Shown here: one piece after another, positions 19,167-29,273 of the stretch
How positions within the stretch are numbered: the first letter of the stretch is position 1
Layout of the letters: each line of letters starts with the position of its first letter
DNA from: a virus
Direction: 5' to 3' (one strand)
Virus record (IMG/VR): IMGVR_UViG_3300031521_000049
Coordinates: 2,834-66,833 of that record
DNA length: 64,000 nt
Position numbers and translations under genes: made by a program
Notes under the pieces: model-generated
Seen by the model: only the letters and a program-made list of their open reading frames with translations
Told to the model about the DNA's origin: nothing
Databases searched by the model: none

Positions 19167-20252
19167 TTATTCCTGTCCTCCGTCAAAAGTATTAATCAAC
19201 TGAATACCGTTTTCATGAACAAAAATAATCCTTGTTCCTTTCTTTTCTTTTTGAGTTGTTTCTTTCAAATAAAAACTCTTGCTATACTTGATTCCGTTTT
19301 CTATCATTGCGTAGTCGGCGAAAATAGAAATTGGATCGAATGATTTCTTGAATGGTTTTTCCCACTCAACATTTTCTGTATATTTTCCGCTTGGTCTCTG
19401 AGAAAATACTTCAATGCCTTCCTGAGAAAAAGTCAATTTAATAGTATCGAATGATTCTATATTCTGACTCAATGCTGCTGCTCTATTTACTGCATCGATC
19501 AAACCGCTCGGAAGCGTATTGCTGATATCACCTTTTTCTTTTGCATGAGATTCTGCAAGTTTTTGAATTTTCGCAACTGGATATTTATCTTGCGCGAGTC
19601 GTTTACAAGAAAAAATATCTTTATCCTCAGTCAAAAAATGAACCCATGATTTTGAAATAAAATACTTTTTCGGGTTATTCAGTTTCGATAGTTCTGCCGA
19701 TGCCGAATCCGATATCCAGAACGATTCCGAAATCTCACCATCCATTTTATATGAGTTAATCCGAATTTCATCTGTACTGATAATGTTGTTTTTATCAACA
19801 AAGATTCCGGCAAGAACAGATTTATTTGAACTGAATCGACAAATTGAAATACCCTCAATAAAACGATCTGGCAAACTCATCCATTTTATTTTTGTCGGAA
19901 GTAGGTTTTTTACATGATCGATAATTGACGACTCAAGCAAAGTTAATTCTGCTTGTGCGTTCCCAGATTTAATTGTCCATTCTGTTGACTTCGGGATAAG
20001 TTTGAAATTCTCTCCTTTCAATCTGCTGATAAGATCATAGAAATCTTTTGCCTTCAGTGCGCCGGACATATTTTCTCCGGCCTTGTTTGTAATAGCAAAA
20101 GGAACGGAGACGGAAATATTATCATTGTAGGAATGAATATAGCCATCCGCAAATATAAACGTATCTGCGCCCTCAAGAATTACGTTCCCAGTTTCAACGC
20201 CTGGCATTACCCTCTTCAGTGCTTTCAAAAAATCATTTCTTTCAATAGTCAT
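19167..20252 (-). CDS. dnaN: DNA polymerase III beta sliding clamp-like
   Basis: 361 aa, N-terminal IERNDFLKALKRV, ISTD..R and YP motifs; adjacent to dnaE. Confidence 0.75.
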   Translation of the reverse strand: MTIERNDFLKALKRVMPGVETGNVILEGADTFIFADGYIHSYNDNISVSVPFAITNKAGENMSGALKAKDFYDLISRLKGENFKLIPKSTEWTIKSGNAQAELTLLESSIIDHVKNLLPTKIKWMSLPDRFIEGISICRFSSNKSVLAGIFVDKNNIISTDEIRINSYKMDGEISESFWISDSASAELSKLNNPKKYFISKSWVHFLTEDKDIFSCKRLAQDKYPVAKIQKLAESHAKEKGDISNTLPSGLIDAVNRAAALSQNIESFDTIKLTFSQEGIEVFSQRPSGKYTENVEWEKPFKKSFDPISIFADYAMIENGIKYSKSFYLKETTQKEKKGTRIIFVHENGIQLINTFDGGQE

Positions 20253-20264
20253 TTATTTTCTCCC

Positions 20265-21101
20265 TTATAAAAAATAATTAATCTGTGATTTAAAGTAGGT
20301 AGGGCATTGCGGTTTTATATGTTTCTCAAAATATATAATAGACGCTTTACACCTTTCTACTTTTCCGACCGTATTCTGAAGCATTGTTTTTTCAACATCA
20401 ACTCCGATATCCTGAAGATATTTTTCTATCTTCTTTTTTTTATGAGGATCGGTCTGCCATAAAATTGTAGCAGGACCGGTGCTCGGCATGTTGGGGTTCA
20501 TTCTTATGAGACCCCAAGGAGTATGGATTGATCCGAATCTTGCCGCAATATGAGCTGAGCGGGCGTCAACAGACTTCCACGGATACGACCTAATCATATT
20601 TACGTCATTTACCCCGAATCCATGAAAACCAATTTCTTTTGGATCTGGATATTCCCTAAATACGCTATCGACAAAAGGCCTTCTATTTGCAGTACTTAAA
20701 AGAGCTATACCGCCGATACCCACATAATTTGTTTTCTTGATATATCTTTTTAAATATTTTGGATCAGCGCCAATATGGAAAACCGGGATGCAGTTTATTC
20801 CCGCGTCATACATTTTCATATAATTAGTAAAAGATAATTCGTCTTTTCCAAACACATCCAAGCCTACCATATAATCAAAGTTTATTTTTGTAGATTTTAT
20901 AAATTTAATATATTCTTCTACCGAAATAACTATCTTTTGTCTGAAGGCAGAAAAGGCTCCCGAGTCAAGCATTAATAACGAAGCTTTCTTTGGTCGATCA
21001 AAAGACTTAGGAAGGGCGTAATAAGCCGCGAGCATTGGAAAGGGCTTTATTTTTATGTTGTCCCATTTTTCAGATTGAGCGTTGCTGTAATAGATATCCA
21101 T
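20265..21101 (-). CDS. dpdA: TGT-fold 7-deazaguanine DNA transglycosylase (DpdA-like), paralog 2
   Basis: LDSGAFS, LDVFG, PVFHIG, GIGG, HGFGV, SVD motifs (TGT catalytic Asp positions); in que cluster; start re-set to MDIYY. Confidence 0.7.
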   Translation of the reverse strand: MDIYYSNAQSEKWDNIKIKPFPMLAAYYALPKSFDRPKKASLLMLDSGAFSAFRQKIVISVEEYIKFIKSTKINFDYMVGLDVFGKDELSFTNYMKMYDAGINCIPVFHIGADPKYLKRYIKKTNYVGIGGIALLSTANRRPFVDSVFREYPDPKEIGFHGFGVNDVNMIRSYPWKSVDARSAHIAARFGSIHTPWGLIRMNPNMPSTGPATILWQTDPHKKKKIEKYLQDIGVDVEKTMLQNTVGKVERCKASIIYFEKHIKPQCPTYFKSQINYFL

Positions 21102-21112
21102 TTTATCCTCTG

Positions 21113-21124
21113 ATATATTATAGG
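21113..21124 (-). promoter_or_regulatory. Phage promoter motif, partial (copy 3)
   Basis: CCTATAATATAT core immediately upstream of dpdA paralog 2 RBS. Confidence 0.65.
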
Positions 21125-21936
21125 TTGAAAGTGTTTGTTTTTGATGAATAAAAATCAAGGTCATTAATCATCAAGCTTTCCATTCCAAGTATATTGGCCT
21201 TGACTCTATACGCAACGCCTTTTTCTGTTTCTTGAGAAATATCTTTCCAGGATATATTTATTGATCTTAACCACTTTTCAATGGTTTTTATTTTATTGGT
21301 TTTATGTTGAAGCTCATTTAATATTTCGTTTATTTTATATGAACCAAAGGGAGTGTAAAAATTTCCAAATACAGTTCCTTTTGAGGCATTAGTCGAGTCT
21401 ATGCTTTTCCAGGGAAACAACTTACTCAGAAACAAAGAAGAAACTCCGAATCCATGAAAACCAATTTCTTTTGGATCTGGAAATAAAGAAAAGACTTTGT
21501 TGAAAAAATAAAATCTTTCTTTATTTGAATACCCAACGGTTCCACCTAATCCTATATAGTTGCTAATTTTTGCGAGACGATAAAGATGTTTTATGTCCTC
21601 TCCGATATGAAAAACAGGTATTGGATAGAGTCCAGATTTTACCATATATTTATAGTTTTTATAAGACTCGTCTGGATTCCCGATAACATCAAGACTGGCG
21701 TAAACTATTTTATCTGAATTTTCTTTTCTGTCAAAAAGATATTGACAATACTCATCAATAGAAATGGACTTGCCGGAATTATTTACCGCAAAAGCCCCTG
21801 AGTCTATAAAAAGATTATTATACCATGGACGCCAAACCGTATTTTTTGATTTTGAAAAGGCAATCAACGTATTGGCAGAAAAACCTTTAATCAATCTCAA
21901 GGTCTTCATCGGATCGCCGCCATGGTATAATATCAT
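21118..21936 (-). CDS. dpdA: TGT-fold 7-deazaguanine DNA transglycosylase (DpdA-like), paralog 1
   Basis: IDSGAF, LDVIG, PVFHIG, GLGG, HGFGV, SIDS motifs. Confidence 0.7.
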   Translation of the reverse strand: MILYHGGDPMKTLRLIKGFSANTLIAFSKSKNTVWRPWYNNLFIDSGAFAVNNSGKSISIDEYCQYLFDRKENSDKIVYASLDVIGNPDESYKNYKYMVKSGLYPIPVFHIGEDIKHLYRLAKISNYIGLGGTVGYSNKERFYFFNKVFSLFPDPKEIGFHGFGVSSLFLSKLFPWKSIDSTNASKGTVFGNFYTPFGSYKINEILNELQHKTNKIKTIEKWLRSINISWKDISQETEKGVAYRVKANILGMESLMINDLDFYSSKTNTFNL

Positions 21937-21937
21937 T

Positions 21938-22630
21938 TTACGACTTGCTCACTTTAAATGGATTATATGTTTCTGTTCCGACGATATCAATTCCTTCTGC
22001 TTTCTTCAGAGCTTTACAAATAATCATAGTAATCGGGGTCATAACAAATTCAACAAAACACTTAACTCCCCACTGAACAAAAACCATTGTCAAAACAACC
22101 GACCAAGGAAGGATACCGACAAAAGCCCCTGTTATAAAAATACAAGAATCTGCAAGCTCGCCAGCAACGGTCGAGCCAATAGTCCTCAGAAATAAAAACT
22201 TATGATTTGGGTCCCACTTAACCATCCACTCTTTCATGCGAGCGAGAACAAAGGCGTTCGTAAACGATCCGACCCAATAACCAATTATTGAAACAATTAC
22301 CATTCTCGGTACCGCACCAAGAACAGAGGCAAATGCTGTCTGACCTTGATAATATCCTGGGAACGGCAAGGCGACCGCATAAGCAAAAACCGCAATCATT
22401 AAAAGATTTGCGGCAAAGCCAATCCAAATGATTCTTCTGCTCTTTGCAAATCCATACACCTCAACCAAGATGTCTCCGAAAATATAGGTAATAGGAAACA
22501 GATACATCGCTGCCGTTCCGTTAATACCCATCCAATTGACCAACTTTGACGCTATGATATTTGACAGCAAAAGCATTACAACAAATGCCACTGTAAAAAT
22601 ATCAAGAAATTTGTACGTTCTTTCTTGCAT
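21938..22630 (-). CDS. yhhQ: Queuosine precursor (preQ0/preQ1) transporter, VUT/YhhQ family
   Basis: SNIIASK, FPITYIFGDILVEVYG, RTIGST..GELADS motifs; multiple TMs; start re-set after GAGGAG. Confidence 0.9.
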   Translation of the reverse strand: MQERTYKFLDIFTVAFVVMLLLSNIIASKLVNWMGINGTAAMYLFPITYIFGDILVEVYGFAKSRRIIWIGFAANLLMIAVFAYAVALPFPGYYQGQTAFASVLGAVPRMVIVSIIGYWVGSFTNAFVLARMKEWMVKWDPNHKFLFLRTIGSTVAGELADSCIFITGAFVGILPWSVVLTMVFVQWGVKCFVEFVMTPITMIICKALKKAEGIDIVGTETYNPFKVSKS

Positions 22631-22634
22631 TAAT

Positions 22635-23279
22635 TTACTCCTCATAAATAGTTTTGTCTTCGACTCCTGCAACTTCAAACGCTTCTTTTCGTTCGGTACA
22701 AGAGCCGCATTTTCCGCAATGCTTTTCTCCTCCTTCATAACAAGTCCAGGTTTCAGCCATAATATCGTGAATACCAATACTGGCTCCGATTTCAACAAGA
22801 TCCGCCTTCGTCATTGAATTAAAAGGAGAAACAACTTTTATATTGTTATAAGTTCCTTCCATTGCCGCTTGCGATATTGCCTTGGTAAACTCAGGTCTGC
22901 AATCTGGATATATTGCGTGGTCTCCAGAATGAGAGCCGAGCATAACACAATCCGCTTTTTCACTTTCAGCAAGTCCAATTGCAAAAGACAACATGATTCC
23001 GTTTCTAAAAGGAACTACGGTCGACTTCATGTTCTCGGCCTGATAATGACCATAAGGAATTACCTCTTGTCCTTCGAGCAACGAACTCTTCAAAAACGAC
23101 AAATCGATATCGACAAATTTTAGATCAAGAATAAGTTTTTTTGCCCGTTCCCTTTCGACTTTATTATGTTTAGACCCATATGAAAAATTAATAGGAATAA
23201 TTTCATGTCCCAAAGATTTTTCATAATAATACAAAATAGTACTATCCAATCCACCAGAACAAATCATTACAATTTTCAT
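22635..23279 (-). CDS. queC: 7-cyano-7-deazaguanine synthase
   Basis: SGGLDS, VPFRNG, YPDCRPEF, TWTCY...HCGKCGSC. Confidence 0.95.
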   Translation of the reverse strand: MKIVMICSGGLDSTILYYYEKSLGHEIIPINFSYGSKHNKVERERAKKLILDLKFVDIDLSFLKSSLLEGQEVIPYGHYQAENMKSTVVPFRNGIMLSFAIGLAESEKADCVMLGSHSGDHAIYPDCRPEFTKAISQAAMEGTYNNIKVVSPFNSMTKADLVEIGASIGIHDIMAETWTCYEGGEKHCGKCGSCTERKEAFEVAGVEDKTIYEE

Positions 23280-23861
23280 TTAATTCCTTCCTTTTGATAG
23301 AGTAAGAAATTCGCTTCTCGCCATTGAGTTTGTTTTAAATACTCCAGTTAATTTACTTGTACTCATTATAGAGTTTATCTTTTCAATTCCTCGCGCCTTA
23401 ATGCAATAATGTTGACCTTCGACAAGAACAGCAACACCAAGAGGTTCAAGAATCCGTTCGATATCATTTGCAATATCGGCAGTCATACGTTCTTGAATCT
23501 GAAGGCGCCTGGCGTGCATCTCGACAAGCCGCGCAAGTTTTGAAATACCTACAACCTTCTTGTTCGGGATATATGCAACATGAACCTTCCCCATAAAAGG
23601 AAGCATATGATGTTCGCAGGTACTAAAGAAATCAATATCTTTCAAAAGAACCATCTCGTCATAGTCGCCAAATTCATCAAAAGATGTTCCGAGGATTTGC
23701 TCCGCAGTTAGTTTATAACCGCCATACAATTTATCCCAGCTTTTACGAACTCTTTTTGGCGTATCTATAAGTCCTTCTCGGTTTGGATCTTCGCCAAGAT
23801 ACGAGAGAATATCTTTTATCGAATATTCAATAGCTTGTGCGTTTGAATCGATAGCGTCCAT
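23280..23861 (-). CDS. folE: GTP cyclohydrolase I
   Basis: [34 protein letters not shown]. Confidence 0.95.
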   Translation of the reverse strand: MDAIDSNAQAIEYSIKDILSYLGEDPNREGLIDTPKRVRKSWDKLYGGYKLTAEQILGTSFDEFGDYDEMVLLKDIDFFSTCEHHMLPFMGKVHVAYIPNKKVVGISKLARLVEMHARRLQIQERMTADIANDIERILEPLGVAVLVEGQHYCIKARGIEKINSIMSTSKLTGVFKTNSMARSEFLTLSKGRN

Positions 23862-24382
23862 CTGTTATCCTCCTTAATTTTCTCAATCGTTTTTTGAATA
23901 TTTATTTCTGTCTGTTCAGGATTGTCTGCAATAAAACACGGTTGCAGATAATAATGATTGAATCTAGAATCAAAATACTGTTCCAAGTCTTGTCCAATAT
24001 AAACAACTTTCAATTCATTTCCGTTTTTTTCTTTCCAATGTTCTTTTGGTGAAATCGTCAGCCAATCAATATTTACATTTACAAGATTAGTTCCGTTGCT
24101 TTCTATATGAACAATATAACCAAAATCATGCAACATATTAACCAAATAATGATCGACCTGAAGGCTAGGTTCTCCTCCTGTCAATACAACTCGCTTGCAC
24201 GGATATTTTTTCAATTCGTCAAGAATATCGGGAACAATATATTCTTTTCCTTCGTCAAATTTCGTATCGCAAAATGAACACTTCAAATTGCATCCACAAA
24301 AGCGAATAAAAATAACTGGCGTTCCGACATAATATCCTTCTCCTTGCAACGAATAAAAAATCTCATTAATCTTGTATTTCAT
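23816..24382 (-). CDS. queE: 7-carboxy-7-deazaguanine synthase (radical SAM)
   Basis: [32 protein letters not shown]. Confidence 0.95.
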   Translation of the reverse strand: MKYKINEIFYSLQGEGYYVGTPVIFIRFCGCNLKCSFCDTKFDEGKEYIVPDILDELKKYPCKRVVLTGGEPSLQVDHYLVNMLHDFGYIVHIESNGTNLVNVNIDWLTISPKEHWKEKNGNELKVVYIGQDLEQYFDSRFNHYYLQPCFIADNPEQTEINIQKTIEKIKEDNRWTLSIQTHKLLNIR

Positions 24383-24701
24383 ATGTCGCCTTGTTGTTTT
24401 CGGATTCAATTACATCTGCTTTATAACAATGAGGAGTATTCGAGACAATCCAAAAAGCAATGTTTTCAGCAGTTGGATTAAAATTAAATATTTCGTTTAA
24501 ATTTTGATGATCGAGTTTATCTGTAATTACTTTCTTGATTTGAGTAAAATCAATTACCATTCCGTTTTGATTAAGATTTTCTGACTTACAATAAATAGTA
24601 ATCATCCAATTGTGGCCATGAAAGTTTTTGCATTTACTTTCGTAATTAAGATCAAGTCTATGAGCGCCCGCAATCTCCAATTTCTTTTCAATATAATACA
24701 T
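24366..24701 (-). CDS. queD: 6-carboxytetrahydropterin synthase
   Basis: AHRL...C...HGHNW, LDHQNLN, PTAENIA. Confidence 0.95.
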   Translation of the reverse strand: MYYIEKKLEIAGAHRLDLNYESKCKNFHGHNWMITIYCKSENLNQNGMVIDFTQIKKVITDKLDHQNLNEIFNFNPTAENIAFWIVSNTPHCYKADVIESENNKATYEIQD

Positions 24702-24713
24702 TTATTCCTCCAT

Positions 24714-24730
24714 TTATATTATAGGATATC
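24714..24730 (-). promoter_or_regulatory. Phage promoter motif (copy 4) driving que cluster
   Basis: 16/17 match upstream of queD. Confidence 0.8.
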
Positions 24731-26168
24731 AGTCTCGTTTTTTACGTTCATATCCTTCTTTTTTATCGTCATCAGCATCTTTTCTTAATACAACTTCATT
24801 GCGCAATCTGCTATCAATACACGGTCGCCCAATATCAAGGCATTGCAAAACAACAGCCTGATCATAACTTGTTTCACCTTCACGAGTGACAACCTGAGCA
24901 ACTCGCATTATTCCATTCTTTCGTTCTTCCTTAGTTTGATTCAATGCAAGTCCCGAAGTTATATGTGATATTTTTCTGATATCTTCTGACGCTGATCCTT
25001 CTGCAATATCTTTTCCAAATGTTCCTTTTTCTGTTTGTGATGCTGACACCAACAATATATTTTTCTCCATTGCAAGTCGTCTTCCTGCTTTCCATATATT
25101 ATCGAGTTGGTGCCTATATTCTCCCTTGAATCCTTTTTCTGTAGTCAATAAATCCATATAGTCAACAACCACAACTTCTGCCATATAATTTTCATAGTGT
25201 TCAAGATTATCTAATTGATTTGCAATATCTGAAACTGATGCAGATCCACTTGGCATAGAAATAATTCTGATATCGCCTTTTCTGAATCTTCGTCTAAACT
25301 TTTTTTGATATTCTTCAACATTAGTTATATCCAAACCTTTTTTATCAACTTCTTCAATCTCAATAGAAAAAGTGCCGTCTTCATTTTCTTCAAACTTTGG
25401 CAGCTTTATTAATTTATCTTTTATAGGTTGTCCAACTAGTGAACGCCAAGCTCTTTTTACGACCGAACGCTCAGGCATTTCAAGCGAGAACAAAACAACC
25501 TTATGTCCATATATCATTGCGATTTCTGCAACGAACCAGAGCCACCAAGACTTTCCTCTTTTCTGAGGAGCAAGGAATGAAAGAAAATCACCACGACACA
25601 TTGGCCCGGCAACTTTACCAAGTGCGCCAGGAAACTGAAATAAAACATCATCTTCATTTGTAAGGATATCAATTATTTTTTCTGTATCATGGAGTAATGA
25701 TATTCCTTCACCAAATGGTTTTGCAACTCGCTTGAAATTAGATATTACCGCCTCACCTTTTTCTTTATCTTTATTTAATATAGCATCTTCAATGGTTTCT
25801 TTTGCAACCTCAAGTGCTCGTAACCCTAAATATTCAATACCATTTTTTATTTCATAATCAATATTGTTTATTGTTAGACTTTCATATTGTTTAGAAATAG
25901 ACTGGAGGAAGGTTGAAATCTCATCTTGCTCTTCATCGTCATTAATAAATGTTTTTTTATTTCTGTAAATCGACTTAATATTTTTCTGAGGCGCAACTTT
26001 GAATTCTTGAAAATATTCGTCAATCCATCCAGAAACAGTTCGAGCGTAATTTGTTGCCCAATATGATGGATTAATAAGAGGCAATATTTCTTTACAGTAT
26101 TGCGTATCCATAATGAGATTAATAATTATTTTGCGTTCATCATCAAGTTGTATTTTTTGTATCTTCAT
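24729..26168 (-). CDS. Replicative DNA helicase (DnaB-like)
   Basis: Walker A APQKRGKS, FSLEM, VVVDYMDL, SASQ motifs. Confidence 0.85.
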   Translation of the reverse strand: MKIQKIQLDDERKIIINLIMDTQYCKEILPLINPSYWATNYARTVSGWIDEYFQEFKVAPQKNIKSIYRNKKTFINDDEEQDEISTFLQSISKQYESLTINNIDYEIKNGIEYLGLRALEVAKETIEDAILNKDKEKGEAVISNFKRVAKPFGEGISLLHDTEKIIDILTNEDDVLFQFPGALGKVAGPMCRGDFLSFLAPQKRGKSWWLWFVAEIAMIYGHKVVLFSLEMPERSVVKRAWRSLVGQPIKDKLIKLPKFEENEDGTFSIEIEEVDKKGLDITNVEEYQKKFRRRFRKGDIRIISMPSGSASVSDIANQLDNLEHYENYMAEVVVVDYMDLLTTEKGFKGEYRHQLDNIWKAGRRLAMEKNILLVSASQTEKGTFGKDIAEGSASEDIRKISHITSGLALNQTKEERKNGIMRVAQVVTREGETSYDQAVVLQCLDIGRPCIDSRLRNEVVLRKDADDDKKEGYERKKRD

Positions 26169-26581
26169 ATTACTACTATTTTGTTTTTGCAATAAGGACA
26201 AATTTTCGGAAATTCATCTTTAGTCGGTTGCTCGTAATAATTTATTTGTTCTCCATTATTACAATGTGAATGATAAGTTGTAATATAATTACCTTTTCTT
26301 TTTATCGACCATTCACAAGTTTTAGTTATGATTGGACCAGTAACGTTATTTTCATTAGGCGGAGTCCATCCCAAAGCAATTAAGGCTTTTTTAACAAACT
26401 CTTCTTTTGTATTAATTATTTCCTTGTAATGATTAGTTACAATATCGTTAAATATATTTTTACAATCAAATTCTATAATCCCTTTTTCAAAATCTATATT
26501 TGGTTTTATAGTTGTCATAGATATAAATTTGTCTTTAGAATCTTTCAGGATATCTTTAGAACAATCCAAATCTTCATTCAT
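26165..26581 (-). CDS. Hypothetical protein with C-terminal CPYC zinc ribbon
   Basis: Coupled ORF. Confidence 0.55.
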   Translation of the reverse strand: MNEDLDCSKDILKDSKDKFISMTTIKPNIDFEKGIIEFDCKNIFNDIVTNHYKEIINTKEEFVKKALIALGWTPPNENNVTGPIITKTCEWSIKRKGNYITTYHSHCNNGEQINYYEQPTKDEFPKICPYCKNKIVVI

Positions 26582-26784
26582 ATCAATTTTACCTCGCCAT
26601 TATATATTTGTGCTGGCTTTTGTGCATTCTTTTCATTTTTATATTTATGTGCTTTATCGATATCAAAAGTCACTCTGATTCCTTCAATTCCTTTTTTATA
26701 TGAAACAACTCGGGCAAGATATGGAACAAGCTGAATACCTAAATGTGAATTTTGTTTTATTAGAACTATATAATTATTTTTCAT
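26578..26784 (-). CDS. Hypothetical protein
   Basis: Coupled ORF. Confidence 0.5.
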   Translation of the reverse strand: MKNNYIVLIKQNSHLGIQLVPYLARVVSYKKGIEGIRVTFDIDKAHKYKNEKNAQKPAQIYNGEVKLI

Positions 26785-27052
26785 TTGATATAAACTTTAT
26801 TTTCTTTTTACAAGTGAAACACTCTTTAGGTTTTGCTTCATAATTAAAAATAATCATAGATGAATGTTCCTTGCAACAATCAGATTTATAAAGTTTTCCG
26901 TTATCTCTTTCTCCAATAAGTTTCCATTTACAAAACTTATTAGCTAAGTAAAATTTCCTCTCACTATGAAAATACCCTAAAAAATATAAACATATTCCAA
27001 AAAGAACAAAAATTATAGTAACAAAAATTTCAGATCCAATATTAACAAACAT
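26774..27052 (-). CDS. Membrane-anchored zinc-ribbon protein
   Basis: N-terminal TM, CC and CFTC motifs; AAGGAG RBS. Confidence 0.55.
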   Translation of the reverse strand: MFVNIGSEIFVTIIFVLFGICLYFLGYFHSERKFYLANKFCKWKLIGERDNGKLYKSDCCKEHSSMIIFNYEAKPKECFTCKKKIKFISNEK

Positions 27053-27068
27053 ATTAAACTCCTTACAA

Positions 27069-27085
27069 ATATATTATAGGATAAC
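27069..27085 (-). promoter_or_regulatory. Phage promoter motif (copy 5)
   Basis: 16/17 match upstream of 27052. Confidence 0.75.
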
Positions 27086-27087
27086 GA

Positions 27088-28746
27088 TTACATATTTTTT
27101 AGTATTTCGTCATCAAATGTATAATTAAATAACCCCTCGACTTTTTCACCATCAAGAATATTACTAAATGATTTATAACTTTGTTCTATTCTATCAGCAA
27201 TAGTATTTTCTATAGTTCCATCTGCAAATAAATAATAAATAGTTACGGTATCAGATTTTTGACCAATTCGATGAATACGATCACATACTTGAATCAACTG
27301 CCGAGGCGTATCAGGGCATTCAACAATCAAAATACCATTACTTGCCGTTAATGTTATTCCTTCCCCTCCAGCTTCTATTTGTAATATTATTATTTTTATA
27401 GTAGGATCAGTTTGAAATCTATCTTCTGCAATCTGTCGATTCTTTCCAGTAACACCACCATCTATTTTTAATGCAACCTTTCCACAATGATCCATTAAAT
27501 CTTTCATTACTAATTTATGCCAAACTGCAATTACAAGTTTATCCTGGCTTTCTAAATATTCATCTATCCAGGCAAATGTTTGTTCTCGCTTTGCTAAGTA
27601 TGCAAATCTTTTTAATGACGATAACTCATTTTTAATTGCTAAAGTATTTGTCATTTTTTCAATTTCATCTTTAGCATCTTTATGAGCCTTTCTATAGTTC
27701 TTCATCCCATCGCTTGACGGTTCGACTGGGATTACAGAAAAAGTTCTCGGTGGTAAATCAGTTACATCTTTTTTTAATCGGCGTATCATTATTTTTTTTA
27801 ACAGTTCGTGTAATTGTTCTTCGTTTGAACTTCCAGAAAAATCCCAACCAAATGCTGAACGCTGCGGATCACAATATTCCCATTGAAATTTATATTTATT
27901 AGGAAATAATTCAGGCGCTATCATATTGAGTATTGGGAACATATCTTTAGTTTTGTTTCGTTTTAATGTTCCTGTTAATGGCACAAGTAATTTTGGATTA
28001 AGAGCATTTAATAATTTTATAAAACATCTAGTTTGAATGCTATCGGGATTGGAGAGTCGGTGAGCCTCGTCAACATAGATTCCTATTATCTTTTGTTTTG
28101 CAAGTTCATCAATCCATCCTTCTAATTTAACTTCGCCCTTTACAAATCGTTTAGGTTTATATTTTCGTTTTATAAATGATCGAGCTTTATATATTTTTTT
28201 GTTATCAATGCAGAACTGTTTTCTTTTTCGCTCTGACTCAACAAAATATTTTTCATTCTCATTTTGCTTTTTATTATATGTAGTTTTTTCTTTTTCAATA
28301 TCTATTTTATATTGTTCCTTTCGTTTCTTTTCAATTTTTCTTTCTTTCTCGTTTTCAGTGCCGAGAATATTGTAATTAATTATATAGAATTTCTTTTTTG
28401 GTAATTCAGATATTTTTTCTCCGCTTATTACAATAGCTGTTTTTCCAATCCAGTTTTTTATTTCTCGTTGCCATTTTAATTTCATGGTCGCAGTCGTGAT
28501 AATTAAAAAAGATCCTTCTGATAAATGTAAATAACTTGAACCAATCGCAACCATTGTTTTTCCCAAGCCAGGTTCATCTCCACAGATCGCATAACCTTTT
28601 TTAGTTCCTACGCCTCTATCTGAGTCTATAAAATAAATAGCGTCTTTTTGATACGGAAATAATTCTTTATTAAGTCCTGAAAACTCATCAGGTTTTTTCT
28701 TTGAGAAATTTATTTTTATTGGTTCACCGATTATTATTTTTTTCAT
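27088..28746 (-). CDS. SNF2-family helicase
   Basis: LFPYQ, DEPGLGKT, VDEAH, LTGT, MIRRLK, GEGITLT, DRIHRIGQ. Confidence 0.92.
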   Translation of the reverse strand: MKKIIIGEPIKINFSKKKPDEFSGLNKELFPYQKDAIYFIDSDRGVGTKKGYAICGDEPGLGKTMVAIGSSYLHLSEGSFLIITTATMKLKWQREIKNWIGKTAIVISGEKISELPKKKFYIINYNILGTENEKERKIEKKRKEQYKIDIEKEKTTYNKKQNENEKYFVESERKRKQFCIDNKKIYKARSFIKRKYKPKRFVKGEVKLEGWIDELAKQKIIGIYVDEAHRLSNPDSIQTRCFIKLLNALNPKLLVPLTGTLKRNKTKDMFPILNMIAPELFPNKYKFQWEYCDPQRSAFGWDFSGSSNEEQLHELLKKIMIRRLKKDVTDLPPRTFSVIPVEPSSDGMKNYRKAHKDAKDEIEKMTNTLAIKNELSSLKRFAYLAKREQTFAWIDEYLESQDKLVIAVWHKLVMKDLMDHCGKVALKIDGGVTGKNRQIAEDRFQTDPTIKIIILQIEAGGEGITLTASNGILIVECPDTPRQLIQVCDRIHRIGQKSDTVTIYYLFADGTIENTIADRIEQSYKSFSNILDGEKVEGLFNYTFDDEILKNM

Positions 28747-28977
28747 TTATATTATTTTATTATTTCTTTTGTATAATTTTGTAATTTCCTTTGTTTTATA
28801 TTCTAAGTTTTCAGAATCATAATAATCAACATCAGCTTCATCGATAGCTTTTTGCATATTTCTTAATAATTCTATTTGAGCAAGAAACCTAATTTCTTTA
28901 ATTGCCTCAACTGAATAATCAAGATTATTTATTCTCATATTTTGCGCAATATTATAATCAGTTTTTCCTTCAATCAT
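28747..28977 (-). CDS. Hypothetical protein
   Basis: Coupled ORF. Confidence 0.5.
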   Translation of the reverse strand: MIEGKTDYNIAQNMRINNLDYSVEAIKEIRFLAQIELLRNMQKAIDEADVDYYDSENLEYKTKEITKLYKRNNKII

Positions 28978-29273
28978 TATTTAATCTCCTTGATAAAATA
29001 AACATAAACCCATTTAGGGAAACCAGGTTCGATGTGATATAATGATACTGTAGTTCTGTCTAAAATATTACATTTATAAAAATAAGAAAGCATTTTTCCA
29101 ATCTCTTTACATGAGTTAGCTCCAAATGGTTGAACAATATGTTTCGGATTGAATTCTTTTATATATGAATCAACAAAGCGAGAATCAACTATAGAAGTAC
29201 TTCCTAAATTATTTCTTATGTAGCTTGTTATAAAATCTTGTTTTTTATAAAGTAATTCATTGTATTTTTTCAT
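28977..29273 (-). CDS. Hypothetical protein
   Basis: Coupled ORF. Confidence 0.55.
   Translation of the reverse strand: MKKYNELLYKKQDFITSYIRNNLGSTSIVDSRFVDSYIKEFNPKHIVQPFGANSCKEIGKMLSYFYKCNILDRTTVSLYHIEPGFPKWVYVYFIKEIK

Noticed and set aside
20614-21481. Diversity-generating retroelement TR/VR pair
   Set aside because: Repeat is short and identical with no adenine-specific mismatches, and no reverse transcriptase is encoded in the window
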